Below, in pieces: positions 16,231 to 25,177 of a stretch of DNA of 56,749 nucleotides (position 1 is the first letter of the stretch; the number at the start of each line of letters is the position of its first letter). A program made the translations under genes and the position numbers. Under the pieces are notes generated by a model, which saw nothing but the letters and a program-made list of their open reading frames with translations, made no database searches and had not been told where the DNA came from. Source of the DNA: a bacterium (GTDB lineage: Bacteria; Sysuimicrobiota; Sysuimicrobiia; Sysuimicrobiales; Segetimicrobiaceae); NCBI GenBank assembly GCA_035279545.1, contig DATEHM010000235.1:1-56749 (forward strand), in the 5' to 3' direction.

Positions 16231-17202
16231 ATGAAGATCCTGGTCACCGGCTGCGCTGGGTTCATCGGGTCGCAGATCAGCGCGCTGTGCCTGCGAGGCG
16301 GCCACGTGGTGATCGGCGTGGATAACCTCAACACCGCCTACGATGTGCGGCTGAAGGAATGGCGGCTCTCCCAGTTGGACGGGACCTCCGGGTTCACGTT
16401 CGTGCGGGGGGACGTGGTGGACCGGCCGACGGCTCGCCAGATCTTCTCCCAACATCCGGTCGACGCGGTGGTCAACCTCGCGGCGCGGGCCGGGGTGCGC
16501 GGCAGCCTCGCGGACCCGTGGGTGTACTACGAGACCAACGTCGCGGGGACGTTGAACCTCCTGGAGGGATGCCGGGAGCACCACGTCGCCAAATTCGTCC
16601 TGGCCTCGACCTCGAGCCTGTACGGCGACGGGCCGCGCCCTTTCCGGGAAGACCAGCCGACCGATCGCCCCGTCTCCCCGTATGCGGCCTCGAAGAAGGC
16701 GGCCGAGATCCTCTGTTACACCTACCACATGCTCTACGGTCTCGACGTGACCATCCTTCGGTACTTCACCGTGTACGGACCCGCGGGCCGGCCGGACATG
16801 AGCCCGTTTCGATTCATTCGCTGGATCGCTGAGGGCGACCCGATCACGCTCTACGGGGACGGTTCGCAGGAACGGGATTTTACCTATGTGGACGACATCG
16901 CGCACGGGACCCTGCAGGCGCTGCAACCCCTTGGGTACGAGGTCATCAACCTCGGGAGCGACCGCCCGGTGGCGATGGGGCAGTTCATCAGGATTTTGGA
17001 GCGCCGGCTGGAGCGCCCCGCCCGGGTGGACCGCCGGCCCGCGCATCCTGCCGACGTCCGGGCCACCTGGGCCGACATCACGAAAGCCCGTCGTCTCCTC
17101 AAGTGGGCGCCGCGGACGTCGCTCGAGGACGGGCTGGGGGCGACCGTCCGCTGGTACGAGGAGAACCGATCCTGGGCCTCCAAAATCGACCTGGGCGAAT
17201 AG
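16231..17202 (+). CDS. NAD-dependent epimerase/dehydratase (UDP-glucuronate 4-epimerase-like SDR)
   Basis: Motifs MKILVTGCAGFIGS, DNLNTAYDVRLKEWRL, STSSLYG and YAASK. The start is trimmed to ATG 16231. Confidence 0.85.
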   Translation: MKILVTGCAGFIGSQISALCLRGGHVVIGVDNLNTAYDVRLKEWRLSQLDGTSGFTFVRGDVVDRPTARQIFSQHPVDAVVNLAARAGVRGSLADPWVYYETNVAGTLNLLEGCREHHVAKFVLASTSSLYGDGPRPFREDQPTDRPVSPYAASKKAAEILCYTYHMLYGLDVTILRYFTVYGPAGRPDMSPFRFIRWIAEGDPITLYGDGSQERDFTYVDDIAHGTLQALQPLGYEVINLGSDRPVAMGQFIRILERRLERPARVDRRPAHPADVRATWADITKARRLLKWAPRTSLEDGLGATVRWYEENRSWASKIDLGE

Positions 17203-17209
17203 GGCCGGC

Positions 17210-17683
17210 TCAAAGGACGGCGTCGGGCGGGGGCATATCGCCGCCCCCCAGCAGTTCCCGCACCAGCGAGTCGTCTTGGCCCTCCCGTAGTTCGTGCTCG
17301 GTCTCCTCGATCGCCGAGATGTGCTGGATCGTTTCGACGATCTGCTTGTAGATGCTGTCGCGGAGCCCTCGTTCGAGTTGGAGCTTGGTAAAGAAGCAGT
17401 GTTCGAGCCTGGCCTTGCGGTACAGCCACAGGCCTCGGGTGCGGGTCGCCTGCAACCGGGTGACCTGCGCGAACCCCAGATCCCGACGTTCCAGGCTTTC
17501 GTGAAGGGGCCCGTATACCTGGCGAACCTCGCGGGTAACACGATCGAGCTCGCCGAGCACGTCGGCGAGCTCGCGGGATCCCCGCGCGCCTTCCTGGATG
17601 ACGCTGAGGAGCCGGCGCTCGAGGGTATCCAAGAGCGATCCCACCTCCTGGGCGAGCGTATCCGGCTGGACGACGTCGGTCAC
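17210..17683 (-). CDS. Hypothetical protein (157 aa, predicted helical)
   Basis: G/C-rich third codon positions and a balanced amino-acid composition. It starts 15 nt after the DegT stop. I recognise no family. Confidence 0.6.
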   Translation of the reverse strand: MTDVVQPDTLAQEVGSLLDTLERRLLSVIQEGARGSRELADVLGELDRVTREVRQVYGPLHESLERRDLGFAQVTRLQATRTRGLWLYRKARLEHCFFTKLQLERGLRDSIYKQIVETIQHISAIEETEHELREGQDDSLVRELLGGGDMPPPDAVL

Positions 17684-17698
17684 GGGAGTGGGGGTGCC

Positions 17699-18796
17699 CT
17701 AGACGGGCTGGCCCAGCGGAGGGGCGCCGGGGGCCGGCCGGGGCCCGGCGAGACGGCTGCGCTGCTCGGCGATGACCTGTCCGGCAAGGGTCCCGATCGC
17801 CCGAGCGTCGTCGTCGGACAAACCGGGATAGATGGGGAGCGAGACGGCGTGTTGGAAGACCCGGGAGGCGTTTGGACACGCTTCCGCGGGCACGAGGTCG
17901 TGGATGGGGCGGTAGACCGGCCGCTTGCACTCGACGCCGCGCCGCGCCATCGCCCGGATGAACTCCTCCGGGTCTGGAGCGCTCACCACGTAGCGGTAGA
18001 AGGCATCCCCGTCGCGGAGCTCGGTGTAGGCCGGGACGGCCTCGCCCAGCTCCGCGTGGTAGATGCGGGCCAGGGCCCTTCGCCGATCCACAAAGCGGGA
18101 GAGCTTGCGCAGTTGGCTCCTCCCGAGCGCGGCGTGGTCATCGGTCATCTTGTAGTTGAAGCGCAGGCGATACGCGGCCCGATTATCGTAGTCTCGGAGG
18201 TCTCGCGCCTCCGCGAGCAGGCTCGGGGACCGCGACAGGAGCATCCCCCCCTCCCCTGTCGTGATCATCTTCGTCGCGTAGAACGAGAGCACGGTCACAT
18301 CGCCTAGGCTCCCCGCAGGAATGGATCCATAGGACGCCCCCAGCGCGTGCGCACAGTTTTCAATTACCGGGATGCGGAGCCGGCGAAACGCCGGCACGGA
18401 GGCCACGGTGCCAAACATGTGCGGCAGGATGATGGCTTGAGCGGTGGGCGAGACCTGGCGCGCGGCCGCCTCGACCCACAGGTTGACGCCATCCGGTTCG
18501 CAGTCCACGATCCGGGGCGTGGCGCCGACGAGATGAACCGCGTGGAGCACGGCCACACAGGTGTACGACGGGATCAGCACCTCCCCGCCCGGGCCCACCC
18601 CCAGGGCGAGTAGCGCCAGGTGCATCGCCGCCGTTCCGGAACTGGTCGCGATTCCACCGCGGAGGGCGAGCCGATCCGCCACCTCCTCTTCGAACGCCCG
18701 GACCTCCTGCCCCTGCGCCAGGTGCCGGGAGAGGAGCACCCGGGTGACCCCGGTCAGGTCGTCCGGCTCGATGGTCGGTTGCGAATGCGCGATCAT
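17699..18796 (-). CDS. DegT/DnrJ/EryC1/StrS family aminotransferase (second copy)
   Basis: Motifs GQEVRAFEEEVADRL, IPSYTCVAVLHAV, ENCAHALGA and SFYATKMITTGEGG. The start is trimmed to ATG 18796, an ATGA overlap with the PIG-L stop. Confidence 0.88.
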   Translation of the reverse strand: MIAHSQPTIEPDDLTGVTRVLLSRHLAQGQEVRAFEEEVADRLALRGGIATSSGTAAMHLALLALGVGPGGEVLIPSYTCVAVLHAVHLVGATPRIVDCEPDGVNLWVEAAARQVSPTAQAIILPHMFGTVASVPAFRRLRIPVIENCAHALGASYGSIPAGSLGDVTVLSFYATKMITTGEGGMLLSRSPSLLAEARDLRDYDNRAAYRLRFNYKMTDDHAALGRSQLRKLSRFVDRRRALARIYHAELGEAVPAYTELRDGDAFYRYVVSAPDPEEFIRAMARRGVECKRPVYRPIHDLVPAEACPNASRVFQHAVSLPIYPGLSDDDARAIGTLAGQVIAEQRSRLAGPRPAPGAPPLGQPV

Positions 18797-19593
18797 GCGA
18801 TGAACCGGTGGCACCGGTAGGCCTCCGCCGCCTCGACCGAGACCTCCGCTCCGCGCAGGCGGGCCAAGCGCTCTACGTTCTCCAGCGAGGCGTGGTGCGG
18901 CGCGGGCCGGAGCTGGGAGCGGTGGCAGGCGTGGGCGCGCAGCTTTGCCTCGAGGTGTTTCGAGATGTCCACATAGAAGTTTGGGTGGAAGGCCTGCAGG
19001 GTCCAGCCAAGCTGAGGGGCGTCGCAGGAGAGGACGACCTGGATGAACGGCTTGGCGCTGGCAAGGTGGGGGCGACACGCGGTAAACCCCGCCTTGAAGA
19101 GCGCTTCGTGGTCCTGGTTATAGGAGATCTCGGGCAGGATCAACACCGTGGGCGCAATCTTGTCGATGGCGTACCGGGCGTCCCGCTCGATCCGAGCGAT
19201 CAGATCGCGCCGCGGGATGGCGTCCAGCCGCAGGTGACTCTCGGGGTCCGTGAAGAGGATCTCGTACCCGTCGATACGGAGGGCGTTCATGGCGCGGTTG
19301 AGTTCGCCCGTCCGCTCCGCGGCTGTCACCAGCATGCGGTCCGCACCCGATCGCGCGGTAGGGTCGGGTGTGTTCGGCCTCGCGGCCGGCGCCCCCTGGG
19401 TGTTCACCGCCTCGTTCGGGACTCCGTAGTGCTGCAGATCGCCGACGGAGGCAACGATGACGTAGACCTCTCCGCCCTCGGCCTTCACCTTGGCCATCAA
19501 CCCACCGCACCCGAAGGTCTCGTCGTCGGCGTGCGGGGCCAGCACCAGCAATCGCTGCCGCCCCCAGGCCATCGCCGTCGTGCTCACGTGCAC
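18793..19593 (-). CDS. PIG-L/LmbE family deacetylase
   Basis: Motif LLVLAPHADDETFGCGGLMAK, plus HEALF and H-containing downstream motifs. Confidence 0.85.
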   Translation of the reverse strand: MHVSTTAMAWGRQRLLVLAPHADDETFGCGGLMAKVKAEGGEVYVIVASVGDLQHYGVPNEAVNTQGAPAARPNTPDPTARSGADRMLVTAAERTGELNRAMNALRIDGYEILFTDPESHLRLDAIPRRDLIARIERDARYAIDKIAPTVLILPEISYNQDHEALFKAGFTACRPHLASAKPFIQVVLSCDAPQLGWTLQAFHPNFYVDISKHLEAKLRAHACHRSQLRPAPHHASLENVERLARLRGAEVSVEAAEAYRCHRFIA

Positions 19594-19982
19594 ACCCCTT
19601 CCCGCATCCCCGTCGAGCTACCGGAACCGTCCCGCCAGTGAGGTCGCGGCGCCACTCCGGGGAAGGAGTCCCGGAGCACCCCAGATCTCCGAGGGTGGAA
19701 AATTGCAGGGCCTGCTGGCCCCGATCCCTTTGGGGGTGGGGGGGTGGTCAACACAGTCACCGGGCTCCCGGCTCCACGGTGCCGGCGCGCTTTGGGCAAA
19801 CACGGAAGGTCGCGCGCCAGTCATCGCGTACGCCCGCACGCCGCATCGATCGACTCCGGACCTGAGCACGGTCGCCCAGGATCTGCTGCAAGGGCGCGGT
19901 CCTCCGCGCGACGCGAAACGCCGGGCGTGCGAGGGCCATACCTATCGGCTCCTGTGGGGTGGCATCCGCCGTCGGCGCGCAC

Positions 19983-22202
19983 CTACAACTTTCCGAGATC
20001 GCCCAACGCTTTTCTGGTTTCCCTTGCGTTTGGAAAGCCGGGATCGATCCGGAGGGCTTCTTCGAGTTCGTGCTGGGCCTGCAGTTTCTCCCCCACCTTG
20101 GCGTACGCCATCCCGAGGTGATAGTGATACACCGCGTTCCCCGGCTCACTGAGCACGATCTCGTGGAGCAAGTCGATCGCCTCATTGTATCGGCCCAACT
20201 TGTAATACACCCATCCGAGCGTGTCCGAGGTCTGCAGGTTCCCGGAAAGCGCGCCGTGTGCTTGAGTCGCCAGTTTCAGTGCTTTGTTGAGGTCCCCGCC
20301 GTGGTCGGCATAGAGGTAGGCCAGGTTGTTCGCCGCCACGGCGACCCGCGGATCGAGGGCGAGCGCCTTTTCGTACGCGGCGCGCGCCTCCGCGTACTGG
20401 GCCTCACCCTCGAGGAGCGTCCCGCGCGCCACGTCCGGCAGGGGAGAGTTCGGCACCTCCCGAGCCGCCTGCGCATACGTGGCGAGCGCCTGCTCCGGGT
20501 GATGCGTATCCAGATACGTCTGGCCAAGGTGCAGATAGGCGTCGACGTAGGTCGGATCGATGGCGAGCGCCTCGCGGAAATCCGCCTCGGCGTTCGGGTA
20601 CTGACGTTCGAACAGATACACGGCTCCGCGAAGGTCGTGCAGGGGCGCCGATTTCGGAACGTGAGACAACTGGGCGGTGATGCGCGCCACCGCTTTGTCC
20701 GGCGCACGGGCGCCCAGATAGATTCGCACGATCTGCTGCAGGGCCGGGCTAAAGGTCGGCTGCCTGGTCAGCGCGGCCTCAAACGCTGTCAGCGCCTGAG
20801 GGGCATTCCCCGAGGCGATGTAGGCCCCCCCCAGGTCAAAGAACGGCGCCGCGGACTGTGGCGCGATGGCCGTTGCCTGCCGAAACCGATCGACGGCCGC
20901 GGCTGGGCGTCCCTCGGCCAAGAACGCTTCGCCGAGAAGGAGGGTGGCCGCCAGATTCCCCGGGCTCGTTTTGAGTGCGCTAGCGGCCGCGTCCTCGGCT
21001 TTCGCGGCATTTCCCTGCTGCAAGTACAAGGAGGCCAGCGCGATACGGATCAGCGGGGCCTGTGGGTTGAGATTGGCGGCCGACTCAAATTCGATTCGGG
21101 CGGCGTCCCCGTTGCCAGCCCGCTGCAGGACCTGTCCGAGTTGGAAATGCGCTTCGGCGTTCGCCGGCGCGGCCTGCACCTCCGCGCGAAACTCTCGTTC
21201 CGCCTCGGCGAGCTGGCTTCGGGCAAGGGCAACCTTGCCCTGGAGTTCGTGCTTGACGACGCGACTGCTGGACGTATCACCCAACCGTTTGGCGAGCGAG
21301 TCGGCCTCGTCCACCTTCCCATGGTTGACGAAGTAATCTCCGACGTGCTCGATGATTGCGGCGTCGTGGGTCCCGCCCGCAACCGCATGCTCGTAGGCGC
21401 TCAGGGCGTCGCGCGGCCGTCCCGTTACCGCATAGAAATCTCCCAGCGCAACCGCCACGGCGGCGTCCCCCGGGAGGGTCCGCGCGGCGTTGAGAAGCGC
21501 CCGCTCCGCCTCGCCCTGTCGATGCATCGCGTAATAGAAGCGTGCCAGCGCGATAGGGGGAGCCGCTTCGTGAGCGTGCGCCGCCACCGCGGCCTCGTAG
21601 GCTTGCTCCGCGGCCGCCGCATCGCCTTCGGCGGCCAGGATACCTGCGAGAAGCAATTGCCCGCCCAGCGTCCCCGGATGCAAGGCCAGGACCTGGCGCG
21701 CCGCTTTGATGGCGGGCCCCCAGGCCTTCTCCGCAGCGTACGCTTGCGCCAGGAGCATCCCCGCCTCCAACGACTGCGGATCGCGCCTGAGCGCCTCGGT
21801 GGCCTCCCGGCGCGCGATCGCCGGCCGGTGTGTCGCCAGGGCCAGCTCCCCGATCGCCACCGACGCCCGGGGGTCTTTGGGGTCGAGGGAGGCCGCTTTG
21901 ACGAACGCGGCCAAGGCTTGCTGGCCGTGCCCCGAGCGGACTTCGGCGAGCCCCAGCTCGTAGTAGCCATCCACGAACTGGGGGTCCAGCCGGAGGGCGT
22001 TGGTGAAATCGATCGTGGCGGCGGCGTACTCCCCGCTGCGCATGCGGGCTAGCCCGTTCTGGAAGTAGCGCCGCTTCTGTTCGGTCGGGTTGTGTAACAC
22101 CGCGAGTCCAACCGCGGCGGCCAGCGCGCCGGTGAGGACGATGATCGTGCCCAGGAGAAATCGGGCCTTCCGAGACACGTCCCCCCCTTTGCCGCGCCAC
22201 AT
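19983..22202 (-). CDS. TPR-repeat protein with N-terminal membrane anchor (PrsT-like by context)
   Basis: 739 aa with an N-terminal TM (FLLGTIIVLTGALAAAVGLAV) and then continuous TPR-like repeats (A..Y..AL..DP...). It lies between the PEP-CTERM gene and the EPS modification genes. Confidence 0.8.
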   Translation of the reverse strand: MWRGKGGDVSRKARFLLGTIIVLTGALAAAVGLAVLHNPTEQKRRYFQNGLARMRSGEYAAATIDFTNALRLDPQFVDGYYELGLAEVRSGHGQQALAAFVKAASLDPKDPRASVAIGELALATHRPAIARREATEALRRDPQSLEAGMLLAQAYAAEKAWGPAIKAARQVLALHPGTLGGQLLLAGILAAEGDAAAAEQAYEAAVAAHAHEAAPPIALARFYYAMHRQGEAERALLNAARTLPGDAAVAVALGDFYAVTGRPRDALSAYEHAVAGGTHDAAIIEHVGDYFVNHGKVDEADSLAKRLGDTSSSRVVKHELQGKVALARSQLAEAEREFRAEVQAAPANAEAHFQLGQVLQRAGNGDAARIEFESAANLNPQAPLIRIALASLYLQQGNAAKAEDAAASALKTSPGNLAATLLLGEAFLAEGRPAAAVDRFRQATAIAPQSAAPFFDLGGAYIASGNAPQALTAFEAALTRQPTFSPALQQIVRIYLGARAPDKAVARITAQLSHVPKSAPLHDLRGAVYLFERQYPNAEADFREALAIDPTYVDAYLHLGQTYLDTHHPEQALATYAQAAREVPNSPLPDVARGTLLEGEAQYAEARAAYEKALALDPRVAVAANNLAYLYADHGGDLNKALKLATQAHGALSGNLQTSDTLGWVYYKLGRYNEAIDLLHEIVLSEPGNAVYHYHLGMAYAKVGEKLQAQHELEEALRIDPGFPNARETRKALGDLGKL

Positions 22203-22540
22203 GTCGCGGGAGCGCGGACCGAGGACGCTCCTGCGATCCGTGCTCCGCCCCGTCTCTTTGCGCTCGCGTCTGTGGCTAGTTCCTCAACCCGTCGGCCCAG
22301 CCTTCGTTCTTTTGGAGGATTCAAAAGTATCGTTCGAGGGGCGAGTGCCACGATTGGCGTTGCCGAATTAGAGGGAGGTGAGGAAAAATCGGGGCTAATC
22401 GGACCCTGTCCGACATCAGTTACGACCCTGACAGCTTCATCGGGTGACCTTTGATGGCTCTGGTAAACCACTTCGGCTCCATCAATTTCCCGACCGTTCC
22501 TGGCCAACACCCGCACGGGGTCCCCGACAACTGGAGTACA

Positions 22541-22576
22541 GAGAAAAGGCCGGGCGGGAGGTGACCCGCCCGGCCC
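22541..22576 (-). terminator. Intrinsic terminator after the PEP-CTERM protein gene
   Basis: Minus-strand hairpin GGCCGGGCGGG-N7-CCCGCCCGGCC followed by UUUUCUCU, 22 nt after the stop at 22598. Confidence 0.75.
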
Positions 22577-22597
22577 GGATCGCTTGTTGGACTCTCC

Positions 22598-23230
22598 CTA
22601 CCGCTTCCGCCTCAGCAATACGGCGGCGATCCCAATGGGAAGTAATGTCAGTGCCGCAGGTTCGGGGACCCGGGGCTCCTGTACTTGACCCTGGTTCCCG
22701 GTCGCGAAGCCGTTACTGGTGCTGTCCGCTTGGGCGGAGAAAAACCCGAAGGCCGACCCGCTGGCCGTTGAATCGAAAGTCAACGTGCCGAGGGTAGCGC
22801 CGCTGATACTCGCCCCGGTGCCGTTTATGAAGGCTACATCAATATTTGGGATCGCCCCGCTGTCGGGCGTCGAAGAGTTGAAGGCGGTGGGCCCGGTGAA
22901 CGGCGTCGTCACGGTGCCGGTGAAGCCGGCGATGCTCGACGCGAATGTCGGGGTTCCCGTCAGGCCCTTGATATCGAAGAGAGTGAAGAACGAGCATTGT
23001 GTTGCGGACCCGAGCGATCCCGTGGTCGTGCACGGCTGCGTGCCACTGTTAACAGGAATTAATTGATTGGAATCAATGCTGAGGGTGTAGCTCCACTTGA
23101 AGAGCCCCCCGCCCAAAGGGGTAATCGTCGGCACGCTTGTGACAATGCTGTTGGCGCTCGCTGCCGCGGCCATCCCGAGTACCGCGACTCCAATGACCAG
23201 TAGTGTGGTCAGCACAGAAATCCGCCGCAT
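22598..23230 (-). CDS. PEP-CTERM sorting-domain protein, Ser/Thr/Gly-rich (210 aa)
   Basis: GGAGG lies about 9 nt before ATG 23230. It has the signal peptide MRRISVLTTLLVIGVAVLGMAAAASA and the C-terminus VPEPAALTLLPIGIAAVLLRRKR. Confidence 0.85.
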   Translation of the reverse strand: MRRISVLTTLLVIGVAVLGMAAAASANSIVTSVPTITPLGGGLFKWSYTLSIDSNQLIPVNSGTQPCTTTGSLGSATQCSFFTLFDIKGLTGTPTFASSIAGFTGTVTTPFTGPTAFNSSTPDSGAIPNIDVAFINGTGASISGATLGTLTFDSTASGSAFGFFSAQADSTSNGFATGNQGQVQEPRVPEPAALTLLPIGIAAVLLRRKR

Positions 23231-23328
23231 GCCTCTGCCTCCGCCTTTCAGGACGTCTTCTCCATCATGACCACCCTGGTTGCGGCCGCGCCTGTTTCGC
23301 TTAGGTATCTGCTTCTCCCACCGCACCT

Positions 23329-23358
23329 ATCATAAGAGTTCCATTGCTGGTTTGTCTC
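23329..23358 (-). promoter_or_regulatory. Candidate sigma70-type promoter for the PEP-CTERM gene
   Basis: On the minus strand: GAGACA, an 18-nt spacer, then TATGAT. It sits in a visibly AT-richer island about 100 nt upstream of the ATG. This is a consensus match only. Confidence 0.25.
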
Positions 23359-23446
23359 TCCTTCAATCGAACATTTCTCATGAATTAACAGGAGTATGAT
23401 GTCATTTAGTCTCATTTACCCCCCAACTGACCTCATGGGTATAGTC

Positions 23447-24553
23447 TCACTTGATTTCGTCATGTCCCAAGAATGGCGTCAGGATCCCTCCTGTCGATCG
23501 AATCTGCCCGCCAAGGCTGGCAGTCTTATCCCCCAGCCGAACCGATCCCCACTCACGCTCTACGAGCGCGAGGGCCGCCACTGCTACCAGCCCGATGGCG
23601 GCCGCCGCGATCACCGAATTCACCATGGCCAAAGCGACACCGCAGGCGCCGGTGGCGAGCGAAGCGATGGTGATGACCACGGCCACGGAAGAAGGGGGCA
23701 CGCCGCGGGACAGCAGGCGATGAGGAAGATGGTCCTTTCCTGTCGAGGTCAGGAGGTCCCTCAGGCTCCGCTCCCCACCACGAAAGCGCATCAGATGCAC
23801 TCGGATGATGTCATAGATCGGGATGGCAAGGATCACCCCCTTGCTGGCGAGGCCTGGGATGGAGAGGACGCCGGGCGACACCATCACGCCCAAGACGGCG
23901 ATGAGATACCCCAACGTGAGGCTCCCGGCATCTCCCAGGAAGATCTTTGCGGGATGGACGTTGTACGGCAGGAAGCCGAGCGCCCCGCCGACGATCGCGA
24001 TGGCCAGGAGGATGACGTACTCCTGCCGGGTCAGGATCCCAATGGCGAGGAACGAACCGCCGGCGACGAGGCCGATTCCCGTGGCGACGCCGTCGGCGCA
24101 GTCGAAGCAGTTAAAGGCGTTCGCCACCCCCACGATCCAAACCACCGTCAGGGCCTTGGCCGCAATCGGCCAGGGCAGATGGAGCGTGAGCCCGGTCGTC
24201 TGGACCACGAACCCGGCCACGATAAACTCAAGAAGGAGCTTGGCGGCCCCAACGTTTTGGACGTCGTCGACCAAGCCGATGGTCAGAAACAGCACGCCCC
24301 CGAGAACCAACATCCCCAGCCAGGCCGGGACAGGACCGGTGAGCGCGGAGAAGGCCATAAGAGAGCCGCCGATCGCGATAAAGAGCGGGATTCCCCCCAG
24401 CAGAGGTGTCGGCTGTGCGTGAATCTTGCGGGGGTCGGGCAGGTCGACTACCCGACACCGGAGCGCTGCGGCCCGCGCCAGGGGGGTCAATCCGAACGCC
24501 AGCCCCAGCGCGGCCAGCAGCGTCCCGTAGACCAGGTATGGCGGAACCATCAT
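23447..24553 (-). CDS. Polyprenyl-phosphate HexNAc-1-phosphate transferase (MraY/WecA, Glycos_transf_4 family)
   Basis: About 10 TM segments, with motifs DLPDPRKIHAQPTPLLGG, VDDVQNV, NAFNCFDCADG and LGDAGSL. Confidence 0.85.
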   Translation of the reverse strand: MMVPPYLVYGTLLAALGLAFGLTPLARAAALRCRVVDLPDPRKIHAQPTPLLGGIPLFIAIGGSLMAFSALTGPVPAWLGMLVLGGVLFLTIGLVDDVQNVGAAKLLLEFIVAGFVVQTTGLTLHLPWPIAAKALTVVWIVGVANAFNCFDCADGVATGIGLVAGGSFLAIGILTRQEYVILLAIAIVGGALGFLPYNVHPAKIFLGDAGSLTLGYLIAVLGVMVSPGVLSIPGLASKGVILAIPIYDIIRVHLMRFRGGERSLRDLLTSTGKDHLPHRLLSRGVPPSSVAVVITIASLATGACGVALAMVNSVIAAAAIGLVAVAALALVEREWGSVRLGDKTASLGGQIRSTGGILTPFLGHDEIK

Positions 24554-24565
24554 CGTTCGGGCTCC

Positions 24566-25177
24566 TCAGTCCGGAAAGTGGCGGCGCAGCAACGGGAACA
24601 GCGTCTTCACGAAGGCGACCGCCCGGTCTTGAGTGTCTTGTTCCGAGCCAACCAGAGGGGCGGTGACTCGGATCAGCGCCCCCTCCGATCGGTGATGCTG
24701 GAGCGCCCGCACCGTCTGGGCGAACTTGCCGCGATAGGGATCCGCAACGGCGCGGCCACCGATTTGGTACCAGTAGAGGACCACCGACTCCGTCCCATCC
24801 TCGCGGATCAGACCCCGGTTGAACGTCAGCGGGACGCCGTCGATCTGGGCCGTGTCCACGCCGGTTGCGAGGACGTCGCAGACCGCGCACACGCTCAGCG
24901 CCTGTCCGCGGGTGGCTTCACGCGCGTAGTAGGCGACATAGAGCATCAGGCTGTGGCCCGTCGCATCGGTATACCGGCGGTTGATCATCTGATCGGGACG
25001 GGTCCGGTCGACCGTCATGGCATCGATCGGTTCGGCGTGCCCCCGCCACACCGACAGCTGGTACGGCAGGTCGTCGAGGGGCACGCGAAGGGAGACGCCC
25101 TGCCCGATCAGCACCTCGCTGGCCACGGCTGCCGCCACAAGGGTCGCCACGCTGAGCGCGTACCGCCACCCGCTCAT
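24566..25177 (-). CDS. EpsI family (exosortase-associated) protein
   Basis: 203 aa with an N-terminal TM helix. ATG 25177 forms an ATGA overlap with the exosortase stop. Size and context fit EpsI. The upstream part of the track ORF was discarded. Confidence 0.7.
   Translation of the reverse strand: MSGWRYALSVATLVAAAVASEVLIGQGVSLRVPLDDLPYQLSVWRGHAEPIDAMTVDRTRPDQMINRRYTDATGHSLMLYVAYYAREATRGQALSVCAVCDVLATGVDTAQIDGVPLTFNRGLIREDGTESVVLYWYQIGGRAVADPYRGKFAQTVRALQHHRSEGALIRVTAPLVGSEQDTQDRAVAFVKTLFPLLRRHFPD

Noticed and set aside
19959-22052. 697-aa plus-strand ORF opposite the TPR gene. Similar long shadows lie at 150-1277(+), 16075-17541(-), 23396-25276(+), 28165-29457(-), 29378-30391(-), 31447-32373(-), 31991-33145(-), 34668-36329(-), 36427-37338(-), 42190-43716(-), 46164-47339(-) and 51791-53122(-).
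   Set aside because: All are antisense or out of frame to genes with recognisable domains. All are Arg/Gly/Pro/His-rich and lack motifs. I treat them as GC-driven open frames.
22345-22350. TGGCAC on the minus strand upstream of the TPR gene, considered as a sigma-54 -24 element
   Set aside because: The required GC of the -12 element (TTGCW) is not at the correct spacing; the sequence reads TGGCACTCGCCCCTCG. A similar check upstream of 15838 also failed on spacing.
22437-22448. 12-nt identity TCATCGGGTGAC shared with 27241-27252, just after repeat copy B
   Set aside because: By a rough estimate, many exact 12-mer pairs are expected by chance in a 56.7-kb window read on both strands. No flanking similarity extends the match.
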